Below, one piece after another: positions 10,333 through 20,834 of a stretch of 64,000 nt of DNA (positions within the stretch are counted from its first letter, which is position 1; every line of letters begins with the position of its first letter). Location: the NCBI GenBank assembly GCA_042408215.1, contig JAYFMW010000012.1:1-64000 (forward strand), read 5' to 3'. A model generated the notes under the pieces. The model saw nothing but the letters and a program-made list of their open reading frames with translations, was not told where the DNA came from and did no database searches. The position numbers were made by a program, and so were the translations under genes. Source of the DNA: Microcoleus sp. (GTDB taxonomy: Bacteria; Cyanobacteriota; Cyanobacteriia; Cyanobacteriales; Microcoleaceae).

Positions 10333-12059
10333 GCAAATGGCTGCCTCCCCAGATGTTATCGAAGAGATTGTCGCAACGTTTGCTGGTTAGTGTTGGGTTG
10401 TCTATTACTACAGTTGGACTGGCAACCCTCGGACTCAACTATCGGCTGATGCAGTCTGACTTAGAAACGCAAGTTTATAACCGGGCTCAATCAATTACAC
10501 AATCGCTAGAGTTTTCCACAGAAGGCTTACTAGAGTTGGAGAATAAAAGCATTTTGCGACGAGTTGTACAAAATTTTGCCACGATGCCTGGTGTGGTGGA
10601 AATTGCGATTCTCGATCCATCGGTCATAGCGATCGCCCGCAGCCCTCAGAATGCGACTCATCAGCCATACACTTCCATCTATCCACAACTCGCAGAACCA
10701 ATTGATGAAGCGGCGACGGCCGGCGTTGAAGTCAGCCACAATATCGTACTAAATGGCAAGCCTGCGATCGCCCAAATTCTGCCTTTTAGGAGTACCTTGT
10801 TTGGCACATCTCAACGACGGGGAGTGGCGATCGCGTTGATCGATCTCAGCCAAATGCAGCAAGCCGCTGACAAAACCTTCATTACCTCAACTTGGTTATT
10901 GCTAGTTGGCATCATCACCATTTTGTTAATGATGGGGATACTCCTTCAGCAGAATGTATTGCAACCCTTACAGGACTTGAATGAAGCAGTTTCTCAAAGC
11001 AAAAAGACCGGCATCTTTCCTATGCCCAAGACGATTCCAGCTAACGAGATTCAGTATTTAGCTACCACATTTGATGAAGTATTCCGACAATTAGAAGTCC
11101 ACGAGCAACTCACCGCCGAAATAGCTCAACGGAAACAGATAGAAGCCACATTACGCGATAGCGAAGCCAGAGAACGAGACAAATCTCAGCAGCTTGAGCT
11201 GACCATTGAGAATTTAAAACAGACGCAAGCCCAACTGATTCAGAGTGAAAAAATCTCATCCTTGGGGCAATTAGTGGCGGGAGTTGCCCATGAAATTAAT
11301 AATCCGGTCGGCTTCATTCATGGCAATCTAATTCATGTACAATACTATGCTGACAGCCTATTGAATTTAGTAGACCTATATCAAAAGTATTATCCAAACC
11401 CGATCGCCGAAATTGAGACAGAAGCCGAAAAAATTGACCTGGATTTTTTGCAAGATGACTTACCTAAAATCCTGAGTTCAATGAGAATCGGCACGGATCG
11501 CATTCGCCAGATTGTGTTGTCACTCCGCAATTTTTCCCGCATGGATGAATCCGAATTTAAAGAAGTTAATATCCATGAAGGAATTGATAGCACGCTGTTG
11601 ATTTTGCAACATCGCCTCAAAGCAGGGCCCGAACATCCAGAGATCGAAGTCATTCGAGACTATGGCGATTTACCCTTAGTTGAGTGTTATCCCGGACAAC
11701 TTAACCAAGTATTTATGAACATTTTGGCAAACGCAATTGATGCACTGGAAGAACTAAATACCAAACGGGTAGCTTGTTCGATCGAGAAGCACCCATGTTG
11801 TATTACAATTCGTACCTCGGTGGTAGATTCGCTCTTGGTGAAAATTGCGATCGAAGATAATGGCAATGGAATTCCAGAATCAATTCAAACACAGATATTC
11901 AATCCATTTTTTACAACAAAGCCTGTAGGGAAAGGAACCGGAATGGGAATGGCGATTAGTTATCAGATTATTACTGAAAAACATGGTGGGACGCTCAGTT
12001 TTTTTTCAACACCAGAAAAAGGGACTAAGTTTGAGATTTGTATTCCGGTTCAGCATTAG
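10329..12059 (+). CDS. Membrane sensor histidine kinase (two TM, extracytoplasmic domain, HAMP-like, HisKA, HATPase)
   Basis: LGQLVAGVAHEINNP; NQVFMNILANAIDA; FFTTKPVGKGTGMG; ATGA overlap with the upstream gene. Confidence 0.9.
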   Translation: MSKWLPPQMLSKRLSQRLLVSVGLSITTVGLATLGLNYRLMQSDLETQVYNRAQSITQSLEFSTEGLLELENKSILRRVVQNFATMPGVVEIAILDPSVIAIARSPQNATHQPYTSIYPQLAEPIDEAATAGVEVSHNIVLNGKPAIAQILPFRSTLFGTSQRRGVAIALIDLSQMQQAADKTFITSTWLLLVGIITILLMMGILLQQNVLQPLQDLNEAVSQSKKTGIFPMPKTIPANEIQYLATTFDEVFRQLEVHEQLTAEIAQRKQIEATLRDSEARERDKSQQLELTIENLKQTQAQLIQSEKISSLGQLVAGVAHEINNPVGFIHGNLIHVQYYADSLLNLVDLYQKYYPNPIAEIETEAEKIDLDFLQDDLPKILSSMRIGTDRIRQIVLSLRNFSRMDESEFKEVNIHEGIDSTLLILQHRLKAGPEHPEIEVIRDYGDLPLVECYPGQLNQVFMNILANAIDALEELNTKRVACSIEKHPCCITIRTSVVDSLLVKIAIEDNGNGIPESIQTQIFNPFFTTKPVGKGTGMGMAISYQIITEKHGGTLSFFSTPEKGTKFEICIPVQH

Positions 12060-12146
12060 GAGTTGACAATGCGGAAATTTGCAGTATGATTAGTGTTTAT
12101 AATACTGTAAAATTCAATTGTAAGTTGTCATTTTAGCAAAATATTT

Positions 12147-13532
12147 ATGAAAGTCAAAGTCAGAAATCTTGGTGTTTTAAAGCAAGCCGAATTCACCCTT
12201 GGCGACCTAACAATTATTTGTGGTGGCAATAATACCGGTAAAACCTATGCTACTTATGCACTATTTGGCTTTTTGTTTACTTGGCAACGGATATTTCTGA
12301 TCGAAATCAAAGACGATAAAATTCAGCAACTTCTTACTGACGGAGTAATTCGCCTTGATCTACAAGAATATGTCAAGCAGGTTAAACAGATTGTTGCTAA
12401 AGGTTGTCATGCTTATACACAGCGATTACCTCAGATTTTTGCAGCACCGGCTGAACTATTTAAAGACACAAAATTTCAGGTAAGTATAGATATAAAAAAT
12501 ATTATTTTTGCAGACAGATTTGAGCGAACAATAGGATCTGCAAATGCCGAAATATTCTCGCTGATCAAAAGTGAAGATAGTACAGAATTAGTTGTCACCC
12601 TGCTAGTGGAGAAAGAAAAGATTAAAATCCCCAACGAGATACTTAGATCCACCATTACTGATACACTAAAAGACATTATTTTTGCTAATCTTATCCCTCG
12701 ACCTTTCATCGCTAGTGCAGAACGAACTGGTGCAGCTATTTTTCGCAAAGAGTTGAATTTTGCCCGCAATCGCTTGCTTGAGGAAATGGGTCAAGCCAAC
12801 AATAAGATCAATCCAATGGAGCTTTTATTCAAGGTTTATCAAGATTATGCCCTGCCGATCAAGACGAATGTAGATTTTACCAGACAACTTGAAAGCATTG
12901 TTAAAACAACCAGTTTCATTGCTGAAAACCATCCCGATATATTGGCAGATTTTGCTGACATCATCGGTGGTGAGTACACTGTTACTCGAAACGATCAGCT
13001 TTATTATGTGCCGAAGGGTAAACGGATTAAGCTTTCTATGGATCAAAGTTCTAGTGCTGTGCGTTCTCTATTAGATATCGGTTTTTACCTGAAACATGAG
13101 GCTCAGATTGGCGATTTATTGATGGTAGATGAACCAGAATTGAATCTACATCCTGAAAACCAGCGCCGCGTTGCACGGCTATTTGCCAGATTGGTAAATA
13201 TAGGTATTAAAGTGTTTATAACTACCCATAGCGATTACATTATTAAAGAACTGAATACTTTGATTATGCTTAACCACGATCAACCTCATCTGAAGCGAAT
13301 TGCTGAAGAAGAAGGTTATCGGAAAGAAGAACTGATATCGTCTGAAAAAATTAAAGTTTATATTGCGGAAGAGGCATCAATCCTTTTAGAAGGGAAGACA
13401 AGAAAAACTAAATGTCAAACCCTGACACCAGCCGATATTGATCCAGAGATGGGTATTGAAGCCCGCAGTTTTGATGCAACTATTGAGACTATGAACCGGA
13501 TTCAGGAAGCAATTGTCTGGGGTGAGGAGTAA
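12147..13532 (+). CDS. ABC-like AAA ATPase (AAA_15/AAA_21 type)
   Basis: Walker A GGNNTGKT; Walker B LLMVDEPELNLHP; H-loop ITTHSDY. Confidence 0.85.
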   Translation: MKVKVRNLGVLKQAEFTLGDLTIICGGNNTGKTYATYALFGFLFTWQRIFLIEIKDDKIQQLLTDGVIRLDLQEYVKQVKQIVAKGCHAYTQRLPQIFAAPAELFKDTKFQVSIDIKNIIFADRFERTIGSANAEIFSLIKSEDSTELVVTLLVEKEKIKIPNEILRSTITDTLKDIIFANLIPRPFIASAERTGAAIFRKELNFARNRLLEEMGQANNKINPMELLFKVYQDYALPIKTNVDFTRQLESIVKTTSFIAENHPDILADFADIIGGEYTVTRNDQLYYVPKGKRIKLSMDQSSSAVRSLLDIGFYLKHEAQIGDLLMVDEPELNLHPENQRRVARLFARLVNIGIKVFITTHSDYIIKELNTLIMLNHDQPHLKRIAEEEGYRKEELISSEKIKVYIAEEASILLEGKTRKTKCQTLTPADIDPEMGIEARSFDATIETMNRIQEAIVWGEE

Positions 13533-14098
13533 TGTCTGATATTGCTATCCTCAAAGAGATGATTCAGGAAAGTGCTACAGTTCCATTGGTGGAAGATAGC
13601 TACGGTAAAAAGAAGGTGACACTCAGAGAACCCGATCTCCCCAACTGCTTTGTGACAATTCATGGAATGCCCAATGACGATCAAGTTATTATCATAAAGG
13701 CAGATGCTTTTACATCACCTGAAGCGATATTTTCTGGTTCAAAAGGTGAATGCAAACGTGCAGATTTTGTCATCATTGCTGATACTGGTAAGAAAAAAGT
13801 TATCCTCTGTATTGAGATGAAGGCAAAAGCTACAACAAGCCCAGAATGGAAAATTATTCAGCAACTTAAAGGTGCACAGTGTTTTGTCGCGTATTGTCAG
13901 AAAATTGGCAAAGAATTTTGGTCTGCAAAGCAATTCCTTGATGCTTATGTCTATCGATTCGTCACTATCAGAAATATCAATATTCATAAGAAACCAACAC
14001 GGGAGTCAATAACTGATAACCATGACTGTCCAGAAAATATGCTGAAAATCAGTTCCCCACATTACCTTCAATTCAATCTTTTGATCGGAGGGAGATAG
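13532..14098 (+). CDS. Hypothetical protein, possible PD-(D/E)XK nuclease fold
   Basis: KRADFVII...ILCIEMK...IQQLKG spacing; TAATG coupling to the ATPase. Confidence 0.55.
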   Translation: MSDIAILKEMIQESATVPLVEDSYGKKKVTLREPDLPNCFVTIHGMPNDDQVIIIKADAFTSPEAIFSGSKGECKRADFVIIADTGKKKVILCIEMKAKATTSPEWKIIQQLKGAQCFVAYCQKIGKEFWSAKQFLDAYVYRFVTIRNINIHKKPTRESITDNHDCPENMLKISSPHYLQFNLLIGGR

Positions 14099-14292
14099 AT
14101 AATAGTCTGGTAAACTTCAAAATCAGCGCTTCGGGACTTATATCCAACTTTCCAAACAACCTTGAAGCCTTGCTCCATTTCTCCTTTCAACCTTAAAAAC
14201 ATCCTCGATCGCTTAATCCATGACTATTTTGAGAAAAAAGAGTTAAGATAGATATCTAGAGAACATTCAGGTTTCATTTAGGAGTGATTTTC

Positions 14293-14568
14293 ATGTCTAA
14301 TCCTACAATTGAAGCAAAAATCCGTCTCCCTGCTAATTTACTAGAAGCGACTGATAAAGCAGTAAACCAAGGAAAAGCGAAAAGTCGTGATGAATTTATT
14401 ATGCGGGCTATTCGTCGAGAATTAGCCGCGCTGAAGCGAGCAGAAATTGATGCAGCACTAGCAGAAATGGCAAGGGATCCAGAATATCAAGCTGAAGTTT
14501 TACAAATGGAGGCTGAATTTGCTACAGCTTCTTGGGAGGCCTTTAAATTGGCGGAGTCTCAAGAATGA
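14293..14568 (+). CDS. RHH/CopG-type antitoxin
   Basis: IRLPANLLEATDKAV...SRDEFIMRAIRREL; ATGA overlap with mazF. Confidence 0.75.
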   Translation: MSNPTIEAKIRLPANLLEATDKAVNQGKAKSRDEFIMRAIRRELAALKRAEIDAALAEMARDPEYQAEVLQMEAEFATASWEAFKLAESQE

Positions 14569-14927
14569 AAAGAGGAGAGGTTTATATAGCTCGTCTCGAT
14601 CCTGTTGAAGGTTCTGAACAAGGGGGAAATCGTCCGGTGATTATAGTCAGTCGCGATGCAATTAATTCTAGTAGTCCAGTCGTTTTGGCAGTTCCCTGTA
14701 CCACTTATCAACAAAACAAGCGCATTTTTCCATCTCAGGTTTTGATTAAAGCTCCTGATGGAGGATTAGAAAGGGATTCAATTGTTAAAGCGGATCAAGT
14801 GCGGGTATTGGCAAAAACTAGACTTTTGCAAATGCTGGGAAAGCTTTCAGAGGCAAAAATTGCCGAACTTAATCGCGCTTTAATGATTGCTTTAGATTTA
14901 CCAGGACAAGATGATGAGGAAAGTTGA
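14565..14927 (+). CDS. mazF: MazF/PemK endoribonuclease toxin
   Basis: KRGEVYIARLDPVEGSEQGGNRPVIIVS. Confidence 0.9.
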   Translation: MKRGEVYIARLDPVEGSEQGGNRPVIIVSRDAINSSSPVVLAVPCTTYQQNKRIFPSQVLIKAPDGGLERDSIVKADQVRVLAKTRLLQMLGKLSEAKIAELNRALMIALDLPGQDDEES

Positions 14928-15016
14928 AAAATGGCAGACTAAGTATCGAGTGACTTTTGGTTTTTGTTTCAACAGTATCAATCAAAAAGATATGGTGGCA
15001 GGGTTAACTCAGCCTT

Positions 15017-15493
15017 TTACCCCTTTCTCCTTTCAACCTTAAAAACATCCTCAATACTTTTCCCCGCCGTTTTCTCCTCCCAGCCCATCGCCATCAAAAA
15101 ATTATCTGCTGACTGAGTTTCCACCACATCAACCCCCCATTGTCCAGGTTGCAGCGCCTCAGCATCGCTACTCAATGGCGGAGTCTTCTTCAACCCCGCT
15201 AAAATCAGAATATCAGGAAAAGAATCATCGGCTTTCCCTTGACTCATGCGCCGATCCACCAAAGCTTGAGCGCAAAATTCCCCAACTTGAGGCGGAGCAA
15301 AATCATCAGTAGAAAATAAAACTTCTACCATCCAATGAGCATGATTTAATTGACGACATTTAATCTGAGGATATTGACTTAAACCCTCAGCAAATACCAA
15401 AGTCAAATCTTCCCGACTCAAGGGCGGAAAAACACCTTCTGGCATATCAAAATTATGAGAAAGCAACATCCGCCCGGTTCCAGATTCAGTCAT
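15017..15493 (-). CDS. Conserved phycoerythrin-cluster protein (DUF2656-like)
   Basis: GRMLLSHNF; LQPGQWGVDVVET. Confidence 0.65.
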   Translation of the reverse strand: MTESGTGRMLLSHNFDMPEGVFPPLSREDLTLVFAEGLSQYPQIKCRQLNHAHWMVEVLFSTDDFAPPQVGEFCAQALVDRRMSQGKADDSFPDILILAGLKKTPPLSSDAEALQPGQWGVDVVETQSADNFLMAMGWEEKTAGKSIEDVFKVERRKG

Positions 15494-15501
15494 GTTTTTA
15501 G

Positions 15502-16392
15502 TTACTTAATTTGAGAAATTGCCAACTTAATCACACCTTGAATAGCCGCTTCCGATTCCTTGGCTAATGCAGTTTGTAGCGGTTCGATCGCAGCCCGATC
15601 GCCCACTTTCATCAAAGACAAAGCCGCCGCCCTGCGAGTTTCCCCATCACTACTATCCAGCAACTCAATCAGATTAGGAATTGCCGGTTGATAAGCCAGA
15701 TTTCCTAAAGCCGCCGCCGCTTCACAACGCACATCAACATCAACATCAGTCAGAGACTTAACCAAAATCTCGAATAATTCCGCCTTCGGTTCTTCCTGTG
15801 CAACTTTGGCGATCGCACCAACCACCGCACCACGCACCACAGACGAATCAGAGGCGATCGCCTGATACAAATACTCCTTCGCCCCCGCCCCAATAAACGC
15901 CAACGCCCAAGCTGCATGACCGATCGTACTCTCCGGCAAATCCGTTGATGCTAAAATATCCAATAACGACCTTACAGACGGCTCCCCAATCCTCGCCAAC
16001 GCCCCAATTGATGAACCCTTAACCACCGTATCCCGATCGTTCAACAAAGCATGAATTAAATGAGGAACCGCCGTCGGATCGGCAATCAAAGTCAGAGTTT
16101 TAGCAGCAGCACGCCGCACAACCGGATTAACATGATTAGCCAAACCATCCAACAAAAAAGGAGTCGCCGCTTCACCAATTTCAGCCAGAGTTTCCGCGCA
16201 ACGGAGTCGAGTCATCCCCCGCGAATCTCCCAAAGATTCAACTAACCGCTTCAACAGATTGGAATCATCAGCATCGAAAGTATCTAAATCTATTTGTTCA
16301 GTAACTTCCCGAAGCAAAGCATCTGTTTTCCCATGAGCCAATAAAACTGGATCGTCCTGAGATTGAGCACTAGCATTGACCATAATTGTCAC
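15502..16392 (-). CDS. HEAT-repeat bilin lyase (CpeF/MpeV-like, E/F clan)
   Basis: LGDSRGMTRLRCAETLAEIG; NPVVRRAAAKTLTLI; PE-cluster context. Confidence 0.75.
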   Translation of the reverse strand: MTIMVNASAQSQDDPVLLAHGKTDALLREVTEQIDLDTFDADDSNLLKRLVESLGDSRGMTRLRCAETLAEIGEAATPFLLDGLANHVNPVVRRAAAKTLTLIADPTAVPHLIHALLNDRDTVVKGSSIGALARIGEPSVRSLLDILASTDLPESTIGHAAWALAFIGAGAKEYLYQAIASDSSVVRGAVVGAIAKVAQEEPKAELFEILVKSLTDVDVDVRCEAAAALGNLAYQPAIPNLIELLDSSDGETRRAAALSLMKVGDRAAIEPLQTALAKESEAAIQGVIKLAISQIK

Positions 16393-16671
16393 CTAATTAT
16401 TAGTATTTATAGCAGCCAATTGAGTGCGGAGACTCTCAAGTCCAGCATCAATTTGAGCCAGTTCCGGCTCAATTTTAGCCAGGGCCGCTTTCTGGGGTAG
16501 CTTAGCCTTTTGTGCTGCGGCGATCGTCTCACTCACCAAACGTTCCCGATACCGCTCAAATTCGGCAATCACTTCCACCAATTCTTCAGCATCTGTCTGA
16601 GTTGAATTTTCTGTTAAATCTTCGGCAGATACATCAATATCAGATGGTGTAAATTCTTCGTTTTCAGACAT
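16393..16671 (-). CDS. Conserved small helical hypothetical protein of PE clusters
   Basis: EVIAEFERYRERLV...KAKLPQK; abuts the lyase gene. Confidence 0.65.
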   Translation of the reverse strand: MSENEEFTPSDIDVSAEDLTENSTQTDAEELVEVIAEFERYRERLVSETIAAAQKAKLPQKAALAKIEPELAQIDAGLESLRTQLAAINTNN

Positions 16672-16817
16672 AGTTTTGATAGTTTGATAACAGGTAAAAA
16701 AAGTAGGCGATCGCATCTAGTTAAAGAAATCAAATTCCCCTAGGGGCGGGTTTTACAAACAATAATTGCCCCAGACCAATCATCTCATAAACCCGCCCCG
16801 CCCAACCCTAAATCGCT

Positions 16818-17426
16818 TTAACATGACAGCGCAGCCGCCCCAGAAACTCTCAAGCGATTGTGTTCAATCATCTCTTCTAAAACAGAGTGAGAAACACAAC
16901 GACGCTCAGAACAGTATGCCATTTGTTTAACCCCATTGCTCATCTGCACAGTCATCACCCGTACCCGAAAATGATCGTTAATAAACCAACAGCGTTCCTG
17001 TCCTTGATTAGTCTCATATTCCGTCTCAATAGTCAACACCCCATCATCCGCAAAATGGTAAACACCGATGACCGGAATACCTTCAACATAGCCTCGATTT
17101 CGCAGAAACTTGCCCGTTCTCGGATTACTAGGATTAGGCACATCTACAAGAATAGCAGCATAGTTTTGGTTCGGGACTGTATCATCTAAATTATCCTGCC
17201 ACATAAAACTGCATCCCCCACTAACTAAAGCGGGATCGACATTCTGCTGTTGACAAACGTCTAAAATTCTGGGATCATCTGTTGACAAAACGTCAACGAT
17301 GACATTGGATTCTCCCGACTCATCAGCCCCAGCAGTATCAAAATTATGGACTGTTCGCTGAGTAAACCAAACGCCCTCACTCTTGCGAAAGAAATCCATC
17401 ATAGTCATAGGTGGTGTTAGCAGCAT
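16818..17426 (-). CDS. cpeU: S/U-type phycobiliprotein lyase CpeU
   Basis: MDFFRKSEGVWFTQRTVHNFD; QERCWF. Confidence 0.75.
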   Translation of the reverse strand: MLLTPPMTMMDFFRKSEGVWFTQRTVHNFDTAGADESGESNVIVDVLSTDDPRILDVCQQQNVDPALVSGGCSFMWQDNLDDTVPNQNYAAILVDVPNPSNPRTGKFLRNRGYVEGIPVIGVYHFADDGVLTIETEYETNQGQERCWFINDHFRVRVMTVQMSNGVKQMAYCSERRCVSHSVLEEMIEHNRLRVSGAAALSC

Positions 17427-17644
17427 TTCTGTGTCAACTTAACGAGAGGAATCAGAGGGATTGAGACAAATCTCATTGAAAAACGGAGATTTAGGCTTTG
17501 ACCTGAGCTTAGCCGAACTGGGAATCAGATCTGATTTTGGTTAAGAAAAATAAACAAACGTCAGTCTGGAATCCTTCAAATTCTAGGATAAATGACACAG
17601 GACAATTTTGAGCAACTAGATCAATAAATTTTCAGAAAAATATA

Positions 17645-18475
17645 ATGTCACCTCGTCAACACTCATCTTTCCTCTCCGAACCCCTTTCTGCAACAGAAAT
17701 CTTGCCAACCATTCAGCAAGGCAAAAGTCTAGCTCAAACCAACCTCCAGGGAATCAACCTCAGCCAGATGGATTTATCTGGTATTGATTTCAGTGGAGCA
17801 AACTTGATTGGGGCCAACCTTAGTCAAAGCAATTTGCAAGGGGCCAATCTCAAAGGGGTTGATTTACGAAGGGCCAATCTCAGAGATGCCAATTTGAGTG
17901 GAGCGAATTTACAAGAAAGCTATCTTTTTCGTGCAGATTTACAGGGTTGTAATCTAGTCGATGCCAAGCTACAAGAGGCTAAATTTAAATTAGCTCAATA
18001 TGATGCTCATACCCTTTGGCCAGAAGGATTGAATTACAAAAAATCTGGAGCTATTGGCCCCCAAGCCAATCTCAGTGGAGCTTTTCTGAATACAGCTTAC
18101 CTCAGAGGTGCAGATTTACACGGCTGTAATCTGCGAGGTGCTTATCTCAGTGGAGCCGATTTAACTGGGGCTAATTTAGAGGGAGCCGCTTTAAGTGGGG
18201 CGAGTCTTCAGAATGCCTTTCTGACTGGTGCTTATTTACGGAATGCTATCTTAATTGGAGTCGAATTACAAGGAGCGGATTTACGAGGGGCTGACTTAAC
18301 CGGGGCAAATTTAGAGCAATTAAAAAGTATTGCTGGCGCTGATTTTACCCTAGCACAAGGACTGACCCAAGACATGAAAGCCATGCTTTGTAGTCGCAAT
18401 CCCAAAGAATTAGGAACTTGGAATGCTTTTACTCGTAACAACACGGCTCAGAGTCTTGGCTATCAGCTAGGATAA
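17645..18475 (+). CDS. Pentapeptide-repeat protein
   Basis: A(N/D)LxG repeats throughout. Confidence 0.9.
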   Translation: MSPRQHSSFLSEPLSATEILPTIQQGKSLAQTNLQGINLSQMDLSGIDFSGANLIGANLSQSNLQGANLKGVDLRRANLRDANLSGANLQESYLFRADLQGCNLVDAKLQEAKFKLAQYDAHTLWPEGLNYKKSGAIGPQANLSGAFLNTAYLRGADLHGCNLRGAYLSGADLTGANLEGAALSGASLQNAFLTGAYLRNAILIGVELQGADLRGADLTGANLEQLKSIAGADFTLAQGLTQDMKAMLCSRNPKELGTWNAFTRNNTAQSLGYQLG

Positions 18476-18477
18476 AT

Positions 18478-19230
18478 TTACACTGATTGTTGAACTTCGG
18501 GAATTTGGCGTTCCAAATCGAACAGAAAACCGTGAATATATTCCTCAGTCCACTCCTCACCATAGAACCGCGTAAACATTCCTCTAGCGGGATCTTTTGC
18601 AGCACGATAACTCATATAACGTCGCTGGGCCTCAAGAATCTCTCCCAGTCGCTGACTATCTGTGACAGGTTGCGCTTGCTCAACAAAATCGAGATAAGCT
18701 TGAAGATAATCCTTAAAAGCTTCAAAGACCGTAGTTTGCACAGCCTCTGTTTCCTTGGGACGAGTCCAAAGAAAGGCAGGTGAAAAGAAAGGTTTTGCTT
18801 CGTCGGGAAAATCCCCCCCCCAAGGCAACTCCTTTTGATAGTTGTTAAAAATCGGCAAAATTGGCTCTGAGTATTGCTTCTGATAAGCCGCCTCGTGAAA
18901 AAGAGGCTGCATATCCAAAGCAATTAAATGTCCCCCCGGCAAGGTTACTAAGTCCGCCCCAAAAAAGGGCAAGTCATAATTTAACTGGGGGAAAATCACA
19001 AAATTAAGTACCTGAAGAGCATCACCGCCCTGAACATGAGCCGCCCGAATTTGCCGTAATTTTGAGGACTTAAAAGCATGACTTGTCGTCACAACCAACT
19101 GCTCTTTTTTCCCCTTCCCAGTTAGAGATTCTTTCCGTTCAAAACCTGCGGGAATGGGATAGGGAGCCAAGTCAAGTCGTTCAGTTAGCAGTGGGATAGC
19201 GTAATCTAAGAAAGGCTGATAAAGAGTCAT
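18478..19230 (-). CDS. pebB: Phycoerythrobilin:ferredoxin oxidoreductase
   Basis: [31 protein letters not shown]. Confidence 0.92.
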   Translation of the reverse strand: MTLYQPFLDYAIPLLTERLDLAPYPIPAGFERKESLTGKGKKEQLVVTTSHAFKSSKLRQIRAAHVQGGDALQVLNFVIFPQLNYDLPFFGADLVTLPGGHLIALDMQPLFHEAAYQKQYSEPILPIFNNYQKELPWGGDFPDEAKPFFSPAFLWTRPKETEAVQTTVFEAFKDYLQAYLDFVEQAQPVTDSQRLGEILEAQRRYMSYRAAKDPARGMFTRFYGEEWTEEYIHGFLFDLERQIPEVQQSV

Positions 19231-19237
19231 TTTTAAC

Positions 19238-19972
19238 TTATCTTACTCCCGCTGGAACTGCTAAGGGAACAGCATCTTCAAACAAAAACTCGTACAGAAA
19301 TCGCTCTGACCATTCATGGCCAAAATAGCTGCCGAATAGCCCTGATGCTGGATCGCGTTCCGCACTATACTGATCGTAATCTTTCTGTGCCTTCGCAATC
19401 CGCTGAATCTCTTCTGGAGTGTTAAGCGGGGAGGCTTGCTCTAGCATTTGCCAATACAACTGGACATATTCTTGATAGGCTGGCAACAAACGAGTTACAA
19501 CCGTTTCTGCATCAGTTTTAGCAAATAGCAAGTTCTTGGAAAAATACTGATTCGCATCGTAAAACTTCATTTCTAAGTCTTGAGTCAAATCCTTGTATTT
19601 ATCCCTAATTGCGCTCATGGGCTCGATATATTTGTCTATATAGGCTCGATCGCGGAATAAAGGTTGAAAATCCAAGACCACCAAGATTTTCTTCTGTCCA
19701 AAGGCTAAAAAATCAATTCCTAGTAAGGGCAGATCGTAATTATAATTCGGATAAATGACACTATTGAAAATTTGTGCCGTTTCTCCAGCATCAATGTAGG
19801 TGTAGCGAATCTTTCGCAATTCGGGACATTGATAGCACCAACTTTGAATCGTGGCGGGATTTTTGCCTCTTTCACTCACCACCGATTCCAACCCAGAGGG
19901 AATGGGACGACTCTCTAGAGCAAAACGTCCAAACAGTTCTTTTTCTAAGAATTCCTGAAACGGCTTAAACAT
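19238..19972 (-). CDS. pebA: 15,16-dihydrobiliverdin:ferredoxin oxidoreductase
   Basis: [28 protein letters not shown]. Confidence 0.92.
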   Translation of the reverse strand: MFKPFQEFLEKELFGRFALESRPIPSGLESVVSERGKNPATIQSWCYQCPELRKIRYTYIDAGETAQIFNSVIYPNYNYDLPLLGIDFLAFGQKKILVVLDFQPLFRDRAYIDKYIEPMSAIRDKYKDLTQDLEMKFYDANQYFSKNLLFAKTDAETVVTRLLPAYQEYVQLYWQMLEQASPLNTPEEIQRIAKAQKDYDQYSAERDPASGLFGSYFGHEWSERFLYEFLFEDAVPLAVPAGVR

Positions 19973-20212
19973 AGATGAAAATCTAGCTCCTTCAATCTTT
20001 CCCTCAAAACGCGATCATAAGGGATTGCCTTAAGTCTTGTCTCTGTTTTTGACAAACAAAGTAATATTTCGTTACAAAACTCTGTGGTGCGCTCAGCATT
20101 CCCCAAGCAAAACCCTGTACCAACCATCATTAAACTGCTGTAATTGTAATAAATCTTAACAAACTTTCTCATAATTTTAGTCTATCCTAGTAAATTATGT
20201 GAGTGTAATTTA

Positions 20213-20797
20213 ATGATTATGCAATTAAGTGAAAGAGCAAAGCAATTAATTCCCAAAGCCAGAATTGTCAGTTTTGCCACTTGGAAAAAATTATATTCAG
20301 ATGAAGTAATTGCCATTTTTCAAGAGGCTGACAATCAAAGTCGATATCTCACAGATGAGGATTTAGAACGCATTAAAAATCTTGAGCCTAATCTCTCTTT
20401 CATGCTAGAAAAAGCCAGATTATTGCGAGAGCAAGCTCCTAATCTTGTTGCTGATGCGAGGAAAAAGGTATTAGCCGACTTTCCCAATATCACTGAGCCT
20501 GGTAATGACCTTTATCCTCCCGAACGTGCTGAAGCCTGTTGGCGAGATTTTTGGCAGTTCCTACGCTGTATCACCTATGGAATTGCAGGTAACAGTCATC
20601 AATTTACTAGCCAAGAAGGACTCAAAAACATGGAGCTACTCTATCAAGAATTGCGGGTTCCTGTTGCGGCGATGCTCTGTGGACTAGAACAGTTGAAAAA
20701 CGTTAGCTTGCAGCAATTTAATTCTGAAGACCGGGATTTATTGAGTCTCTGTTTTGACCATTTAATCACTGGGTTAAAACAATTTAGTCAAGCTTAA
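20213..20797 (+). CDS. Divergent phycobiliprotein-like globin (AplA-like)
   Basis: EADNQSRYLT; ACWRDFWQFLRCITYG. Confidence 0.75.
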   Translation: MIMQLSERAKQLIPKARIVSFATWKKLYSDEVIAIFQEADNQSRYLTDEDLERIKNLEPNLSFMLEKARLLREQAPNLVADARKKVLADFPNITEPGNDLYPPERAEACWRDFWQFLRCITYGIAGNSHQFTSQEGLKNMELLYQELRVPVAAMLCGLEQLKNVSLQQFNSEDRDLLSLCFDHLITGLKQFSQA

Positions 20798-20834
20798 TCA
20801 ACTAAACAGTATCAGATTCCCTACTGTTTATTGT

